In this document: piece by piece, positions 63,990-64,000 of the stretch | Position numbering within the stretch: the stretch's first letter is position 1 | How the letters are laid out: the number at the start of each line of letters is the position of its first letter | Origin: a virus | Virus record (IMG/VR): IMGVR_UViG_3300023174_000090 | Location: 47,557-111,556 of that record | Length of the DNA: 64,000 bases | Direction: 5' to 3' (one strand) | Made by a program: the position numbers and the translations under genes | Notes under the pieces: generated by a model | What the model saw: only the letters and a program-made list of their open reading frames with translations | The model's database searches: none | What the model was told of the DNA's origin: nothing

Positions 63990-64000
63990 ATTCACATTTA

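Noticed and set aside
1-64000. Alternative genetic code (stop-codon reassignment)
   Set aside because: Core genes are full length in the standard code, and TAA, TGA and TAG all occur as real stops.

Overview
This AT-rich (about 30% GC by eye) 64-kb window is part of a large T4-like (contractile-tailed, probably jumbo) phage genome in the standard genetic code. Layout: 1-4.9 kb, five glycosyltransferase-like genes plus an FkbM methyltransferase. 4.9-18.9 kb, a T4-type replication/recombination module (gp46, a GT-B-like gene, family B DNA polymerase, ThyX, UvsX, gp41 helicase, gp32, gp45). 18.9-43 kb, mostly minus-strand virion genes (split gp5 spike, hub, gp3, large terminase, gp53, gp48, tape measure, gp26-like pair, gp54, tail tube, sheath, neck gp14, putative head-internal proteins). 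42-50.5 kb, nuclease, AAA ATPase, class I ribonucleotide reductase and dUTPase. 50.7-64 kb, many short early genes (RNA ligase, two metallophosphoesterases, SET domain, three YopX paralogues). Most unusual observations: (1) two CCA-encoding tRNA-like RNAs with intact acceptor/D/T arms but no canonical anticodon loop, one lying in frame inside an ORF; (2) a gp5 OB-fold interrupted by a lytic transglycosylase domain, with the spike in a separate gene; (3) strong and uneven CCGG over-representation; (4) apparently leaderless transcripts from both promoter classes; (5) a class Id (Mn-type) RNR signature with a ParB-like gene between the subunits; (6) a small protein pointing to a Verrucomicrobia host. 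All family calls come from motif recognition by eye; no database searches were run.
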